From an uncultured bacterium (GTDB lineage: Bacteria; Babelota; Babeliae; Babelales; Babelaceae), in NCBI GenBank assembly GCA_963848965.1, contig CAWKFG010000005.1, forward strand, positions 64,686-128,685: DNA of 64,000 bases. Reading direction: 5' to 3'. The notes below the pieces were generated by a model that saw only the letters and a program-made list of their open reading frames with translations, searched no databases and was not told the DNA's origin. How positions within the stretch are numbered: the first letter of the stretch is position 1; the number at the start of each line of letters is the position of its first letter. This document shows positions 1-10,394 of the stretch, piece by piece. Made by a program: the position numbers and the translations under genes.

Positions 1-1
1 A

Positions 2-1096
2 TTGGGTAAAAAAGTCGAAAATGTAGTTAAAAATGTAAAAGACAATTATAAGGAAGTTGCAGTAGATGCAGAAGAACGTTACAAACGAATAGAGGCAAGC
101 TTGAAGTGGGCAGCTCTTATAACTGCTACAGTGACAGCAAGTGCCTGGTTTGGCTCACGCTTTTTCTGGAATAGTGTTGAGCGCTATTTTACACAGCCAG
201 AGTTGGTTACAGAGTCATCTTATAAAAATGTGTGGGAACAAGTAACAAATTATTTTTGGCCACAACCGTTAGTATTTAGAGAAATGATTTTCTCTAAAGA
301 GGTTAAGCGAGAATTAGATAATGTTGTTGCAATTACAAAGCATGTTGCACAAGAAAATCAAAAGAACAATCATGCGCAGGTGCGCTATCTTAATGTTCTT
401 TTGTGGGGTCCTCCTGGAACTGGTAAGACCATGTTTGCAAAAGAACTTGCTAAAAAATCAGGACTTGATTATGCAATTACCAGTGGTGCATCATTTTCAA
501 AATTTGATATTGCAGGAGGAATTGCTGCTATCGATAGGCTCTTTAATTGGGCAGAAAAAAGTAAGAAAGGGCTTATCATCTTTATTGATGAAGCAGAAGC
601 CTTTTTAGCAGAACGGGATAGAACGAAGGTTAAAGAAGAAAATCAGCTTGTTACTCATTTTTTAAGCCGTACTGGTGAAGGGAGCAGTAAATTTATGCTT
701 ATTTTTGCTACGAATAAGCCTGAAGTGCTTGATGAAGCAATACGCCGTCGTACACAACGGTCAATAGAGCTGGGTTTACCTGCAAAACCAGAAGCTGCTA
801 AAATATTGCGTTTGTATCGAGATAAAATATTACTTGATAAAGAGCATAATATTCCTGAGCTTATAGACTCAGTAAAAGTAAACTTGAGCGATGAAGCAAT
901 TGAACAGTTAGCAGAAAAACTGAAAGGACTTGCTGCAAGTGAGCTTGAAGATTTTATTAATGACGTAAAAGTTAATGCCGATATCACTGATAATCGCACA
1001 GTAACCAAAGATGTTATTGATTATGTTATAGACTTATCGCGCAGAAAACATGACGAATTTGTAAGTCATTTCCATCATGCTGCTCCAGCAGCATAA
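2..1096 (+). CDS. ATAD3-like membrane-anchored AAA+ ATPase, 5' end outside the window; catalytic motifs intact
   Basis: TM segment WAALITATVTASAWFG, Walker A GPPGTGKT, Walker B IIFIDEAE, sensor-1 ATNKP. Segments SGLDYAI, LFNWAEKSKKGL and FLSRTGEGSSKFML match eukaryotic ATAD3 as recalled. Confidence 0.85.
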   Translation: MGKKVENVVKNVKDNYKEVAVDAEERYKRIEASLKWAALITATVTASAWFGSRFFWNSVERYFTQPELVTESSYKNVWEQVTNYFWPQPLVFREMIFSKEVKRELDNVVAITKHVAQENQKNNHAQVRYLNVLLWGPPGTGKTMFAKELAKKSGLDYAITSGASFSKFDIAGGIAAIDRLFNWAEKSKKGLIIFIDEAEAFLAERDRTKVKEENQLVTHFLSRTGEGSSKFMLIFATNKPEVLDEAIRRRTQRSIELGLPAKPEAAKILRLYRDKILLDKEHNIPELIDSVKVNLSDEAIEQLAEKLKGLAASELEDFINDVKVNADITDNRTVTKDVIDYVIDLSRRKHDEFVSHFHHAAPAA

Positions 1097-1103
1097 AGAA
1101 TTG

Positions 1104-1130
1104 GGCCCTGGAAATACCAGGGCCTTTTTT
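1104..1130 (+). terminator. Rho-independent terminator
   Basis: GGCCCTGG-aaata-CCAGGGCC followed by T6. Confidence 0.85.
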
Positions 1131-1196
1131 AATGCTTGTCTAAACTATTGATTCTCTTTCATTATCCTTACTATATTTTTCATATAAGGGGGCTTT

Positions 1197-1802
1197 ATGA
1201 AAAGAATACGGATACACAGTTTTATGTGTATATTTTTGGTACATACATTGAGAGCTGAAATAGTTGTACGACCTGCTGCAATGGCAGATGTTCCAGAAGT
1301 ATTAGAACTTGATAGGCACGTTACCTATGAGTATTTTAAGCCTTTATATGTAAAAGCATATCCACATTTACCATTAGGACAAGATCCAGACCGCTTTCTT
1401 GAACCCGAGTTACAGCAAGATGAGAAAACGTTCTATGACTGTGTAAAAAATCCTGGTAATACACGCTTACATATAGCGTATGATAGTAACAGTAAACGTA
1501 TAGGAGGATTGATTGTTTTTCATAAAGAACATGAAGATACAATAGAATTGGATCTTTTGCTTGTTGACAAAGACTATCGTAAAATGGGAATAGGCAGAAA
1601 GCTTGTATATAATGCTGTTGCTACGTTTAAATACATAAAAACATGTATTGTATATCCTGTACGACATAAAAATGATGCTACACTCAAATTTTACCAGTCA
1701 CTTGGATTTAAGAATCTCGGTGTATGTCCTTTAGATAAAATGAATCCCTATGGTATAAAGTACTCTGATATGTATTTTTATTTTAGGCTTGACGTTATAT
1801 AG
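1197..1802 (+). CDS. GNAT acetyltransferase with probable signal peptide
   Basis: Motif A LLVDKDYRKMGIGRKL; N..A.KFYQSLGF; hydrophobic N-terminus. Confidence 0.85.
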   Translation: MKRIRIHSFMCIFLVHTLRAEIVVRPAAMADVPEVLELDRHVTYEYFKPLYVKAYPHLPLGQDPDRFLEPELQQDEKTFYDCVKNPGNTRLHIAYDSNSKRIGGLIVFHKEHEDTIELDLLLVDKDYRKMGIGRKLVYNAVATFKYIKTCIVYPVRHKNDATLKFYQSLGFKNLGVCPLDKMNPYGIKYSDMYFYFRLDVI

Positions 1803-2034
1803 GAAAATGAAGCAGAAGGCATTGCTACCGCTCTCTATTTGTAGCCAGTTAGCTCTTAAAGTATGTACAGGCATATCTTTTATTGATTGCTTTTCTTTAG
1901 TTACTTGTCATAATAGTAAAGATACTTTCAACAAAAATTTACATATTGACACAAATACAAAAGCTGCTATCTTGAATTAGAATATATTGTAAAATAATCT
2001 TTAGTGCTATTTCACTTAAGTAAGCAGGAAGTCT

Positions 2035-4443
2035 ATGCATACAATCTTCACTATTCTTTTAAAAAGCTTAACTTTCTCTCTACTCGGTATTTCATGTGCT
2101 CTTAGTATGGAGAAAGAAGGCTCCATTCATCAAAAATTACTTACTGCTTGTGAAAACGGTAAGCAAGAAGAAGTCCTTGGGTTATTAGAACAAGGAGCTG
2201 ATATTAATACTCTTGATAGCGATGCCCCCTTAACATTCGCCCTATACCATAAACATTCTTCACTTGCTCACATGCTTATTGAAAAAGGAGCAGACATCAA
2301 CCTTCCAACTTCCGGGCATGCTTTTAGCCCTCTTATGGTAGCAGCAATAGCAGGCATGCAAGATATAGTACGTTTACTTATTGAGTTACGAGCACAAATA
2401 AATGTACAAAGCTCAGAAGGTACAACTGCATTAATGTATGCCCTGATGTATGGCAATCTAGAAATAGCTCAAATGTTGTTAGACGCGGGCGCAGACATAC
2501 ATCTTAAAAATAAGAAAGGGAATAATGCCCTTACTCATGCAGTTGATTACGCATTTATGTTACTTAATCAATTAACTCTTAAAGAACGTAACGCATTAGT
2601 AGAAAAGCACAATTCACTCAAACAACGGCTTTATATTCTCAAAGCTCAAGATGCTTCGCCCGAACTCTATAAAGCCTACATCTCCTTTATAGATACTTTA
2701 CTTTCTTTGAAGATAGAAATGCAATCTCGAGAGGTACAAAAGCTCTTTTGCATAGCGCTAGCAGGAAACAATCTTCCTATTATTAAAACAATAATTGAAA
2801 CTCCAAAGCTTTTTTCCCAACTAGGAGATCTGTCTTATCTTTACTTCATTCCGGTAATAAAAAATCGATATACAGATATAGTAGACTATCTTATTGGATA
2901 CAAAGCATGTATGCCAACTTTACTGTTCGCAGCTGTCCATGAAAGAGATGAAAACCTAGTAATAAGGCTCTTACAAGCAAAAGTAGACATTAATGATACT
3001 TTATTACTAGCTATAGATCGAAATGACAAGAAACTTGTAACGTTACTTCTTGAAAACAATGCTAACTTGAGTGCATCAAATAATCCAGATGAGCCCCCAC
3101 CCCTTATACATGCTACATTTAAAGGTTATAAAGAAATTACAGAAATTCTCTTAGCACATAGAGCATCTTTAGAAACACAGTGGACGAAATCAGGTCGTAC
3201 CGCTCTTATTTATGCTGTTAGAGAAGGACATGTCGCTCTTGTGCAACTGCTTTTAGATGCGGGTGCTAATCCTAATGTTCAAGATAACTCTGGATTTTGG
3301 CCTCTTACATATGCAGCAAAGCATGGAAATGATAGTATTGTACAAGCTCTGCTTAACGCCGGAGCATCCGTTGACGCACAATCTGGTAATGATAAAAGAA
3401 CTCCTTTATTGTGGTGTAATCATCATACAACGGCTCGATTACTTCTTAAAGCCGGAGCCAATGTTAATGCTCTAAATGCATATAAAGAATCACCACTAAT
3501 AGAAGCCATACGTTATGTAAATCCTTCATTAGAGCTCATAAATCTTTTAATCGAATATGGCGTAGATATACATCATGGAGGAGAAGCACCCTTACGGTGG
3601 GCCCTTATGCTGGATGAGATCGAAATAGCTAAGTTGCTTCTGGAAAAAAAGGCCAATCTTGACAGCGCATTTTTTTATGCCGCTAAGCTTCAAGGCCTTA
3701 TTCTTATGGCAAAATTAGTAAGTCTTGGAGCAGATATATCTACCTATGGTGAGCAAATATTTGAATCAGCACAAGAGAATAATCAGTTTGAAGCTTTGCG
3801 CTTTCTTGAAATTCTTGAGCAACCAGAGTTGTATACGTACCTTAAAGATACCTCTAGGGGTATACCCTATTTAAGAACTTGTAATGGACATGCAGAAGGC
3901 TGGCTCAAGTCAGTAACTTCTATGTTCACACCTTCAAGCACTGCAGCAAGCACATGCTTTCATCAAACAAAACTGATGTGGGCTGTTATGTTTGGCCATA
4001 CTGAAGTTGTTAAATCTATACTTAAACGGCAGCAATCTTACCAAAACAAAGAAGATCAGCATAAATTCCGTTGTTATTTAAATGCTCAAGATAAATACGG
4101 TCGCACTGCGCTTATGTACGCTATCATATTTGATGAATCAAAAATATATCCTTTACCATATCAAGCAGAAATACTATCTTTGCTTCTAGAAGCTTATAAA
4201 AACCTTCCAAACTCAGAGCGTAATGCTATTAATATATCTGATATGCAAGGCAACTCTGCTCTTGCATATGCAGTTAAGCAAAAAAATCTCCCTCTTATTA
4301 CGCACTTGTTAGAAATAGGAGCACGACCTACTATAAAATTACTCAAAGATGCAGCAAAGCAAGGACAACATACTATTCTTGCAAAACTACTTTTCTTTGT
4401 ACTTAGGGATTCTCAAGGGTTAAGATATCCTGCTATTTTGTAA
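2035..4443 (+). CDS. Ankyrin-repeat protein, putative secreted effector
   Basis: Many ANK repeats (GTTALMYA, GRTALIYAV, GFWPLTYAA, LLxxGAxxN); signal peptide ending CALS-ME. Confidence 0.92.
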   Translation: MHTIFTILLKSLTFSLLGISCALSMEKEGSIHQKLLTACENGKQEEVLGLLEQGADINTLDSDAPLTFALYHKHSSLAHMLIEKGADINLPTSGHAFSPLMVAAIAGMQDIVRLLIELRAQINVQSSEGTTALMYALMYGNLEIAQMLLDAGADIHLKNKKGNNALTHAVDYAFMLLNQLTLKERNALVEKHNSLKQRLYILKAQDASPELYKAYISFIDTLLSLKIEMQSREVQKLFCIALAGNNLPIIKTIIETPKLFSQLGDLSYLYFIPVIKNRYTDIVDYLIGYKACMPTLLFAAVHERDENLVIRLLQAKVDINDTLLLAIDRNDKKLVTLLLENNANLSASNNPDEPPPLIHATFKGYKEITEILLAHRASLETQWTKSGRTALIYAVREGHVALVQLLLDAGANPNVQDNSGFWPLTYAAKHGNDSIVQALLNAGASVDAQSGNDKRTPLLWCNHHTTARLLLKAGANVNALNAYKESPLIEAIRYVNPSLELINLLIEYGVDIHHGGEAPLRWALMLDEIEIAKLLLEKKANLDSAFFYAAKLQGLILMAKLVSLGADISTYGEQIFESAQENNQFEALRFLEILEQPELYTYLKDTSRGIPYLRTCNGHAEGWLKSVTSMFTPSSTAASTCFHQTKLMWAVMFGHTEVVKSILKRQQSYQNKEDQHKFRCYLNAQDKYGRTALMYAIIFDESKIYPLPYQAEILSLLLEAYKNLPNSERNAINISDMQGNSALAYAVKQKNLPLITHLLEIGARPTIKLLKDAAKQGQHTILAKLLFFVLRDSQGLRYPAIL

Positions 4444-4457
4444 TACGATAAGCAGTA

Positions 4458-6143
4458 TTACTCTTTTATATTAGATAACATCTTAAGGTATATTCTTTTG
4501 CCCTCAACAGCAATACCATAAGCAAAGATTTGATTAAGACCTCGAGCATGAAGTTCTTGCATATACTGTTTCTCAAGAATTTGATCAATGGCTTTTTGCG
4601 CAGCAATTTCAAGAGTTTCACTAGCAAGAGTCTTCTTAAACTCAATAACTATAGCTGGTTTATTATGCTGCTTTGGTATAAGCATTATATCATAACGACC
4701 AAATCCGCTTTTTTTATTTGATTTAACTTCATACTGATCATGAAGCATAACAAGAAGTCCCAAAACAAAAAGATGATAGCTTTTCTCAGGCTCATTGCTC
4801 GATACATCAAAGAAACTCATACTGTTTAGTATAAAACCTTGCAATAATTCAGCAAAGGATTCAGCCTCCCCTTGGGTAAGAGTTTCAAGCAGATCTTTTA
4901 CCTGACCACCAACAACCGATTCTTGGAAAATATTTCTAATAAGCTCTGAGTAAAGATGCTTTATTTCTTGATTTGGGATCGTAAGAGAGCATATTTTTGT
5001 TCCCTCTTTAAGTTCCCAGTGAGTATATGTCAAATAACCGGTAAATAATAAAAGACTCCACAAAAGCTCGGTGCGGTGATCTAAATCTGGAAATATAATC
5101 GATTCTTGAATTGCTTGATCTACAGATTTATCTTCAAGCAAAAGTTCAAGATCTGATTTCACAGACTTAGGTGCTCGGGCTATAAGCTTTTTTACAAGCG
5201 CGTTATCGCTAGTGTTTGCCCAATACTTTTCCAATAAACCTCTATTTTGAACACATTTTAGCACCGACCAAGGGTTAAAAATACCTTTAACTTCACCAAA
5301 GGTATACCCATCATACCACTCTTGAATTTTTTTAGCATCATCTTGAATACCATAATACTGTAACAGCGTATGAACCTCTTCATACGTAAAACCAAATTTA
5401 TCTGCCATAACAAAACGCGTAAGACTAAATACATCAAGGTTATTAAGCCCTGTAAATATCCCCGCTTTTGCAAGAGTTAAAATACCAGTAATAACCCCTT
5501 TTTCAAGAATATCACTATCTTTAAACACCGCAGTCAAGAGTCCTCTTGCAAACTCAATAGCTTGATCATAAAATCCATTAATATAAGCCGATTGTATAGG
5601 GGTATCATATTCATCAATAAGGATAATAACCTTCTTATTGTATCTTCTATAAAGAAGCTGTGCTAAAAAATGAAGACTATCTTCAAGCTCTGCTTTGGAA
5701 GCAGTTCCTTCAAGAATTCGTTTATACCTATCTTTTTCGTGGTTTTTTAAAGAATCGTGAAAAAGTATTTCCTGATGTCGTGCATATTCTTCATAAATAA
5801 CCAAAGCAAATTTATCATATGTTACATCCCAGGTTGCTTCTTTAATATTCTTAAATGTAACAAATATGACAGGAAATTGTCCTTGAAGAACACGTTGTTC
5901 AGGATAGCTCCAAATAGCTTTATCTTGAAAAAGATGAGCATTGCTTTCTTCGCTTGCTTCAAAAAAGTATTTAAGCATAGATAAGTTGAGCGTTTTACCA
6001 AAGCGTCGAGGACGAGGAGCAAGTATAATCTGACCATGTTCTAAGATATCTTTTATTAAAAGAGTCTTATCAACATAGTAATAGTTATTCTCAATAAGAG
6101 TTTTAAAGTTACTGATACCGATAGGTAATAATTTCTGTGTCAT
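4458..6143 (-). CDS. AAA-ATPase-like + PD-(D/E)XK nuclease (PDDEXK_9 type) protein
   Basis: LPIGISNF, YVDKT, PRPRRFGKT, IDEYDTP, C-terminal GRYD...IEFK; start placed at MTQKLLPIG. Confidence 0.9.
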   Translation of the reverse strand: MTQKLLPIGISNFKTLIENNYYYVDKTLLIKDILEHGQIILAPRPRRFGKTLNLSMLKYFFEASEESNAHLFQDKAIWSYPEQRVLQGQFPVIFVTFKNIKEATWDVTYDKFALVIYEEYARHQEILFHDSLKNHEKDRYKRILEGTASKAELEDSLHFLAQLLYRRYNKKVIILIDEYDTPIQSAYINGFYDQAIEFARGLLTAVFKDSDILEKGVITGILTLAKAGIFTGLNNLDVFSLTRFVMADKFGFTYEEVHTLLQYYGIQDDAKKIQEWYDGYTFGEVKGIFNPWSVLKCVQNRGLLEKYWANTSDNALVKKLIARAPKSVKSDLELLLEDKSVDQAIQESIIFPDLDHRTELLWSLLLFTGYLTYTHWELKEGTKICSLTIPNQEIKHLYSELIRNIFQESVVGGQVKDLLETLTQGEAESFAELLQGFILNSMSFFDVSSNEPEKSYHLFVLGLLVMLHDQYEVKSNKKSGFGRYDIMLIPKQHNKPAIVIEFKKTLASETLEIAAQKAIDQILEKQYMQELHARGLNQIFAYGIAVEGKRIYLKMLSNIKE

Positions 6144-6473
6144 CAATTGCCTCAAAGCATGAGGGAAAGCGTTAATCACAGTATAGTACCCCTTATGCAA
6201 AATTGCAATGCCCCTTGCTTTTACCAAAATAAGCTTACACATGAAAGTTAGCTGGAATATAGTATCAATATTTGATGCCAATGTTAGGAAGAAGAGACTT
6301 TTGTGTTATTGAAACTCTTTGCATTTTCTTTAAACATTTGAAATTTAGCTTTTCTTAGATTCTGCTCTTACATGAGCATTTTATGCCGAACACTTAGGCA
6401 TTTTTCATATAAAAGTTTACCAGGTATACTAGGTAAGAATAGCAGAATGCTATTGTTATTGAGGAGAATTTTT

Positions 6474-7925
6474 ATGAGTTTAAGAATATTATTTTTGTGC
6501 GCACTAACCCTTTCTGTAGGTTCGTATACCTACAGTATGCAATGGGCTAAAGACAAGCTTGGCAAAGCGATAGGTGAGGTAGGTGCAGGAGCAACGAAAG
6601 CATATCTTGAGGATAACAAAACTCATGAGGCTTTTCATACGCATATTGTACAACCTGCTGTTGATAAGATGAATGAAGTGAAAGACCATGCAAAAAAAGC
6701 TGCAGAAGAGATGGTAGAAAATGCCAAGAAGGCAAGCGAAAAAATGAAACAAGAGCTTGAAGAACAAGCAAAAAAAGCAAATGAGGAATTTAAGAAAAAT
6801 ACACACGAAGCTACAGATAAGTTTAAAGAGAGCATATTAAAACCAACAGTTGATGAAGCTCATAAGTTTAAAGATGCAACTGTTAAAGAGGCTGATAGAC
6901 TCTTTGATAGGCTTTCTGAAACTATAAAGACAGGAGCATTATGGACAGTTGGCGGTGCTGCTGCTATATTTTCGATATGGTATGCTTATAAATTTTTATG
7001 GAACCATGTTGAAAAAGCATTGCACAAACCAGCCATTCCTTTACGCTCGGCACATCCGGGTTTTTTTGGTCGTATTAAGAACTTCTTTAGCAGTTCAGAA
7101 AGCTTTACACCTCGTCCACTATTTTTTGCTCCTGAGCTTAAAGACAGGTTACAAGGTATTTTAGATATAGCACTTGATACTGCACGTCGAATTCAAGCAG
7201 GAGATAAAACTGCAACTTATAGTAATCTTTTACTATGGGGCCCTTCAGGTACTGGAAAGCGATCATACGCACAGCAGCTTACTCGTGAGTTAGCACAAGC
7301 TGCAAATATGGACTATGTTTTCCTTGATGGTGCTTTCTTTGCTCCTGTAAAGAATGGTACACCGCTTGAAAGAATAGATACGCTTTTTGAGAAAGTACAA
7401 AATAACTCGCGAAATACTATCATATTTATTGATCAGGCGAAGTTCTTGCTTTCAAAACATCATACTACTGATGTTATTATGGAACGATTCTTAAAATATG
7501 CAAAAGAACATAGTAATAAGTATATGATCATCTTCACGACAGCTCCTATACACATTGCAGAAGAAGTAAAAGGAATAATAGGAGATTCAGTAGAAATTGG
7601 ATTACCTGAATTACCTCAAATAATTGATATACTCAAACATTATCGAGATACATTATTAATTAATAATACAGCTAATCCAAGCTCTTTAGTAGAGTCTGCA
7701 CAAAAAACGCTTGTCGATGAATCAATAGAGAGTTTAGCACAAGAGCTCAAAGGATTCTCTTGTAGAGACCTTGAAAATATTATTAAGGCAATTCAAGATA
7801 AAGCTCGTCGCCAAGATTGTATAATATCTACTGCTGTTGTTAAAGCTGCAGTTGCAGAAGCTACTAAGAAATATCAAGACTTTAAGACGAATCTTCCCCA
7901 TCAGTATGCAGCACAAACTGCATAA
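6474..7925 (+). CDS. ATAD3-like AAA+ paralog 2, with signal peptide, coiled coil, TM and altered Walker motifs
   Basis: RBS GAGGAG at 6461; Walker A GPSGTGKRS, Walker B IIFIDQAK; colinear with ORF 2..1096. Confidence 0.8.
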   Translation: MSLRILFLCALTLSVGSYTYSMQWAKDKLGKAIGEVGAGATKAYLEDNKTHEAFHTHIVQPAVDKMNEVKDHAKKAAEEMVENAKKASEKMKQELEEQAKKANEEFKKNTHEATDKFKESILKPTVDEAHKFKDATVKEADRLFDRLSETIKTGALWTVGGAAAIFSIWYAYKFLWNHVEKALHKPAIPLRSAHPGFFGRIKNFFSSSESFTPRPLFFAPELKDRLQGILDIALDTARRIQAGDKTATYSNLLLWGPSGTGKRSYAQQLTRELAQAANMDYVFLDGAFFAPVKNGTPLERIDTLFEKVQNNSRNTIIFIDQAKFLLSKHHTTDVIMERFLKYAKEHSNKYMIIFTTAPIHIAEEVKGIIGDSVEIGLPELPQIIDILKHYRDTLLINNTANPSSLVESAQKTLVDESIESLAQELKGFSCRDLENIIKAIQDKARRQDCIISTAVVKAAVAEATKKYQDFKTNLPHQYAAQTA

Positions 7926-7934
7926 AGAACTCAT

Positions 7935-7962
7935 AAGCCTCCGGTAAAATGGAGGCTTTTTT
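7935..7962 (+). terminator. Rho-independent terminator
   Basis: AAGCCTCC-ggtaaaat-GGAGGCTT followed by T tract. Confidence 0.8.
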
Positions 7963-8025
7963 CATACAGAGCTTTTACTTTTGCTCTCTTATTACGGTAT
8001 GCTATAAAAAAGGGGGGGAGAGAGC

Positions 8026-8742
8026 ATGCTTGTCGTATTACTAAGCTTTTTTTATGAGTTTGTGCGCTTGTGTTTAACTAGTAAAGTGTTTGCTCTTATA
8101 GTTCTAGGAGCAGTATGTCTACAGTTTTTTACTAATACTTTTGAAAAAGTATATAATAAGCCAGTTCCTCCTGCAGCAATGCTATTACACGCTCCAGCTG
8201 TTTCTCACTCTATAGCTCCTTTGGCATCTCCTGTTTTACAATCGCAGTCTATTCCATTTATAGGTGCTCTCTATGCTTTTGTAAGACAAGGAATGAATTT
8301 TCATGCGCCTGCTTCATCTACAGATGGTGTTCCGCCTTCAGGAGCTATCCCAACTTCTTCTGATAGCGATAAAAAAGATCCTCGTTGGATTTTAGAGAGT
8401 AAAAATACTGTTTTTTTGGGAACAAGCATTACAGCAGGACTTATTGCTTTGTGGGCTGCAGGTAACTACTTACTTCCTGAGTCTCAACACGAAAAGCAAC
8501 CAGTAAGAACACAAGATATGAAGCAAGCTATGCTAGAAAAGCTCCAACATACTGTTACTGTTTTTAACCCAGAAGTAAAGATTTCTGACAGAGAGCTTGA
8601 GCAGCTTTCTACGTTCCTTTTGCATATGCAGCAACAGACCAAGAAACAAAGTATCTCTATCCGTTGTAAAAATTTTATTCAAGCATGGACTAAATACTTT
8701 ATTGCTCGCTATACCCAACACAAAACTTTGCTTTCTTTATAG
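8026..8742 (+). CDS. Membrane protein, possibly an internally deleted ATAD3-like paralog
   Basis: Two hydrophobic segments; VFLGTSITAGLIALWAAGNYLL and ISDRELEQLS resemble the TM and C-terminal helix of neighbouring paralogs. Confidence 0.55.
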   Translation: MLVVLLSFFYEFVRLCLTSKVFALIVLGAVCLQFFTNTFEKVYNKPVPPAAMLLHAPAVSHSIAPLASPVLQSQSIPFIGALYAFVRQGMNFHAPASSTDGVPPSGAIPTSSDSDKKDPRWILESKNTVFLGTSITAGLIALWAAGNYLLPESQHEKQPVRTQDMKQAMLEKLQHTVTVFNPEVKISDRELEQLSTFLLHMQQQTKKQSISIRCKNFIQAWTKYFIARYTQHKTLLSL

Positions 8743-8819
8743 ATATTTTCTATCCTCTGTGGTAAAGAAGAATATATACTTTAAAAAACGTATATCATCT
8801 ATAGAGAAGAGAGAAAACT

Positions 8820-10331
8820 ATGCAGGTTGAGATGTTAATGTTAGCAGGGTCTATAACCTTTATAGCGTGGGCTTTACTGTATCATTTTAATGAGATACTA
8901 TTCTGGAGTGCGCTTGGTCTTTTTGGTGCTGCAGGAACAGTCAGGGTTCATAATTACTTGAATCAGACTGTAAAAGTAGAACAAGGTGCTGCTCCTACCT
9001 CTAGACAGCGTGTTGCTTTACTTGTTAAACATTATGTAAATTCTGTTGTAACTGTTGTAGGTCCTCCTGTAGAGCGTGTTGCTAATTCTGTAGTGGCTAC
9101 TCAAACAGGGCAAGTGTGCTTGCGTATGTGGCAACGTATAAAAAGTTATATACCCTTAAGATTTCTAGCAGCATCAGTATTAGGCGCAGCTCCGAGAGTC
9201 AATGCTGCAGTACCCGGTAATAGAGAGGGAGTGGCAGTTAACATAGCAGAAGAAAGTGGTAGATTTGGTGCCCAAGCTGCTGATAGCTTTATACATAATG
9301 TTATGCAAGCACCACATGTACGTGAAGTTATAGATAGCTTACGACAAGCTGTTGGTGATGGCAGACCACTTGGAGAAGCTGTAAAGAAAATGGCAGAGCC
9401 TATTGCTGAAGAGATAGGCAAAGGTCTGGAAGAAGCTGAAACAAAGATGGAACAAAAGGCTGCAGCTGTAAAAGGAGAATTTAAAGGTGCAATTTTTTGG
9501 GGCACTACTCTTTTAGTAGGGGCAATGGGTGCCTGGTTTTTATTAAAACATCTTCTTGCAAAGCCAAATCAGGATCAAAACAAATCACGCATCCGAGTTC
9601 CAGAATTTGAAAAAAGGCCTATAGAACGACTACGTTCATTATATACAAGAAGCTCTCATACTTCACCAGAATTGTTCTTTGAGTCTTCATTACAAGAACA
9701 TCTAAATGCTGTTAAAGAACTTATTATTTCGGTAAGGAAGAAAAAATACGAAGAAACTGTAGACTGTTCTTATCCTCGAGTGCTGTTGTATGGGCCGCAA
9801 GGAACTGGTAAGCGGTCATTTGCTCAAAGTGTTGCACAAGCTGCTGGTATGAGCTTTATACCTGTTACAGGATCAGCATTCTTTGCTTTTAAAGGAACAG
9901 ATGCATTTAAAGCTGTAGATACCTTATTTGATGAAATTAAACAAAATACAAAGGGTGCAGTACTGTTTATAGAACAAGCAGAACTGTTGCTATCTCAACC
10001 TAAGGATGAGCAACCTACTGATGATCGTGCAGTTTTTATAGCATATTTTGCAGAGCAGATAAAAGATATAAGTAAACTATGCCCTATAGTGTTTGCTCTA
10101 GAGGAGCTTCCTCATCCTTTGCATAAAATATCTAAGGGCTGCATTACTCATCAAATATCATTTACTTTACCAACTGTTAAAGAGCGACTGAGAGTACTTA
10201 AACTTTTTAACACTAGGCTGCAAGAATCACAAAAGAATGTGCTGAATGATCAAGAGATTGAAGCTCTTGCTCATGATCTTGAAGGAGCTACGTATGTAGA
10301 TCTTCAAAAAGCACTTGTAGGCGTTTACTAG
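8820..10331 (+). CDS. ATAD3-like AAA+ paralog 3, degenerate
   Basis: TM IFWGTTLLVGAMGAWFLL; Walker A GPQGTGKRS; Walker B VLFIEQAE; lid helix LNDQEIEALAHDLEG. Confidence 0.78.
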   Translation: MQVEMLMLAGSITFIAWALLYHFNEILFWSALGLFGAAGTVRVHNYLNQTVKVEQGAAPTSRQRVALLVKHYVNSVVTVVGPPVERVANSVVATQTGQVCLRMWQRIKSYIPLRFLAASVLGAAPRVNAAVPGNREGVAVNIAEESGRFGAQAADSFIHNVMQAPHVREVIDSLRQAVGDGRPLGEAVKKMAEPIAEEIGKGLEEAETKMEQKAAAVKGEFKGAIFWGTTLLVGAMGAWFLLKHLLAKPNQDQNKSRIRVPEFEKRPIERLRSLYTRSSHTSPELFFESSLQEHLNAVKELIISVRKKKYEETVDCSYPRVLLYGPQGTGKRSFAQSVAQAAGMSFIPVTGSAFFAFKGTDAFKAVDTLFDEIKQNTKGAVLFIEQAELLLSQPKDEQPTDDRAVFIAYFAEQIKDISKLCPIVFALEELPHPLHKISKGCITHQISFTLPTVKERLRVLKLFNTRLQESQKNVLNDQEIEALAHDLEGATYVDLQKALVGVY

Positions 10332-10394
10332 ATTAACTGTCTTAAAAAAATGTAGTAAACTCTGCACTATACGATTATTCAAAGAGGTGCAGAG

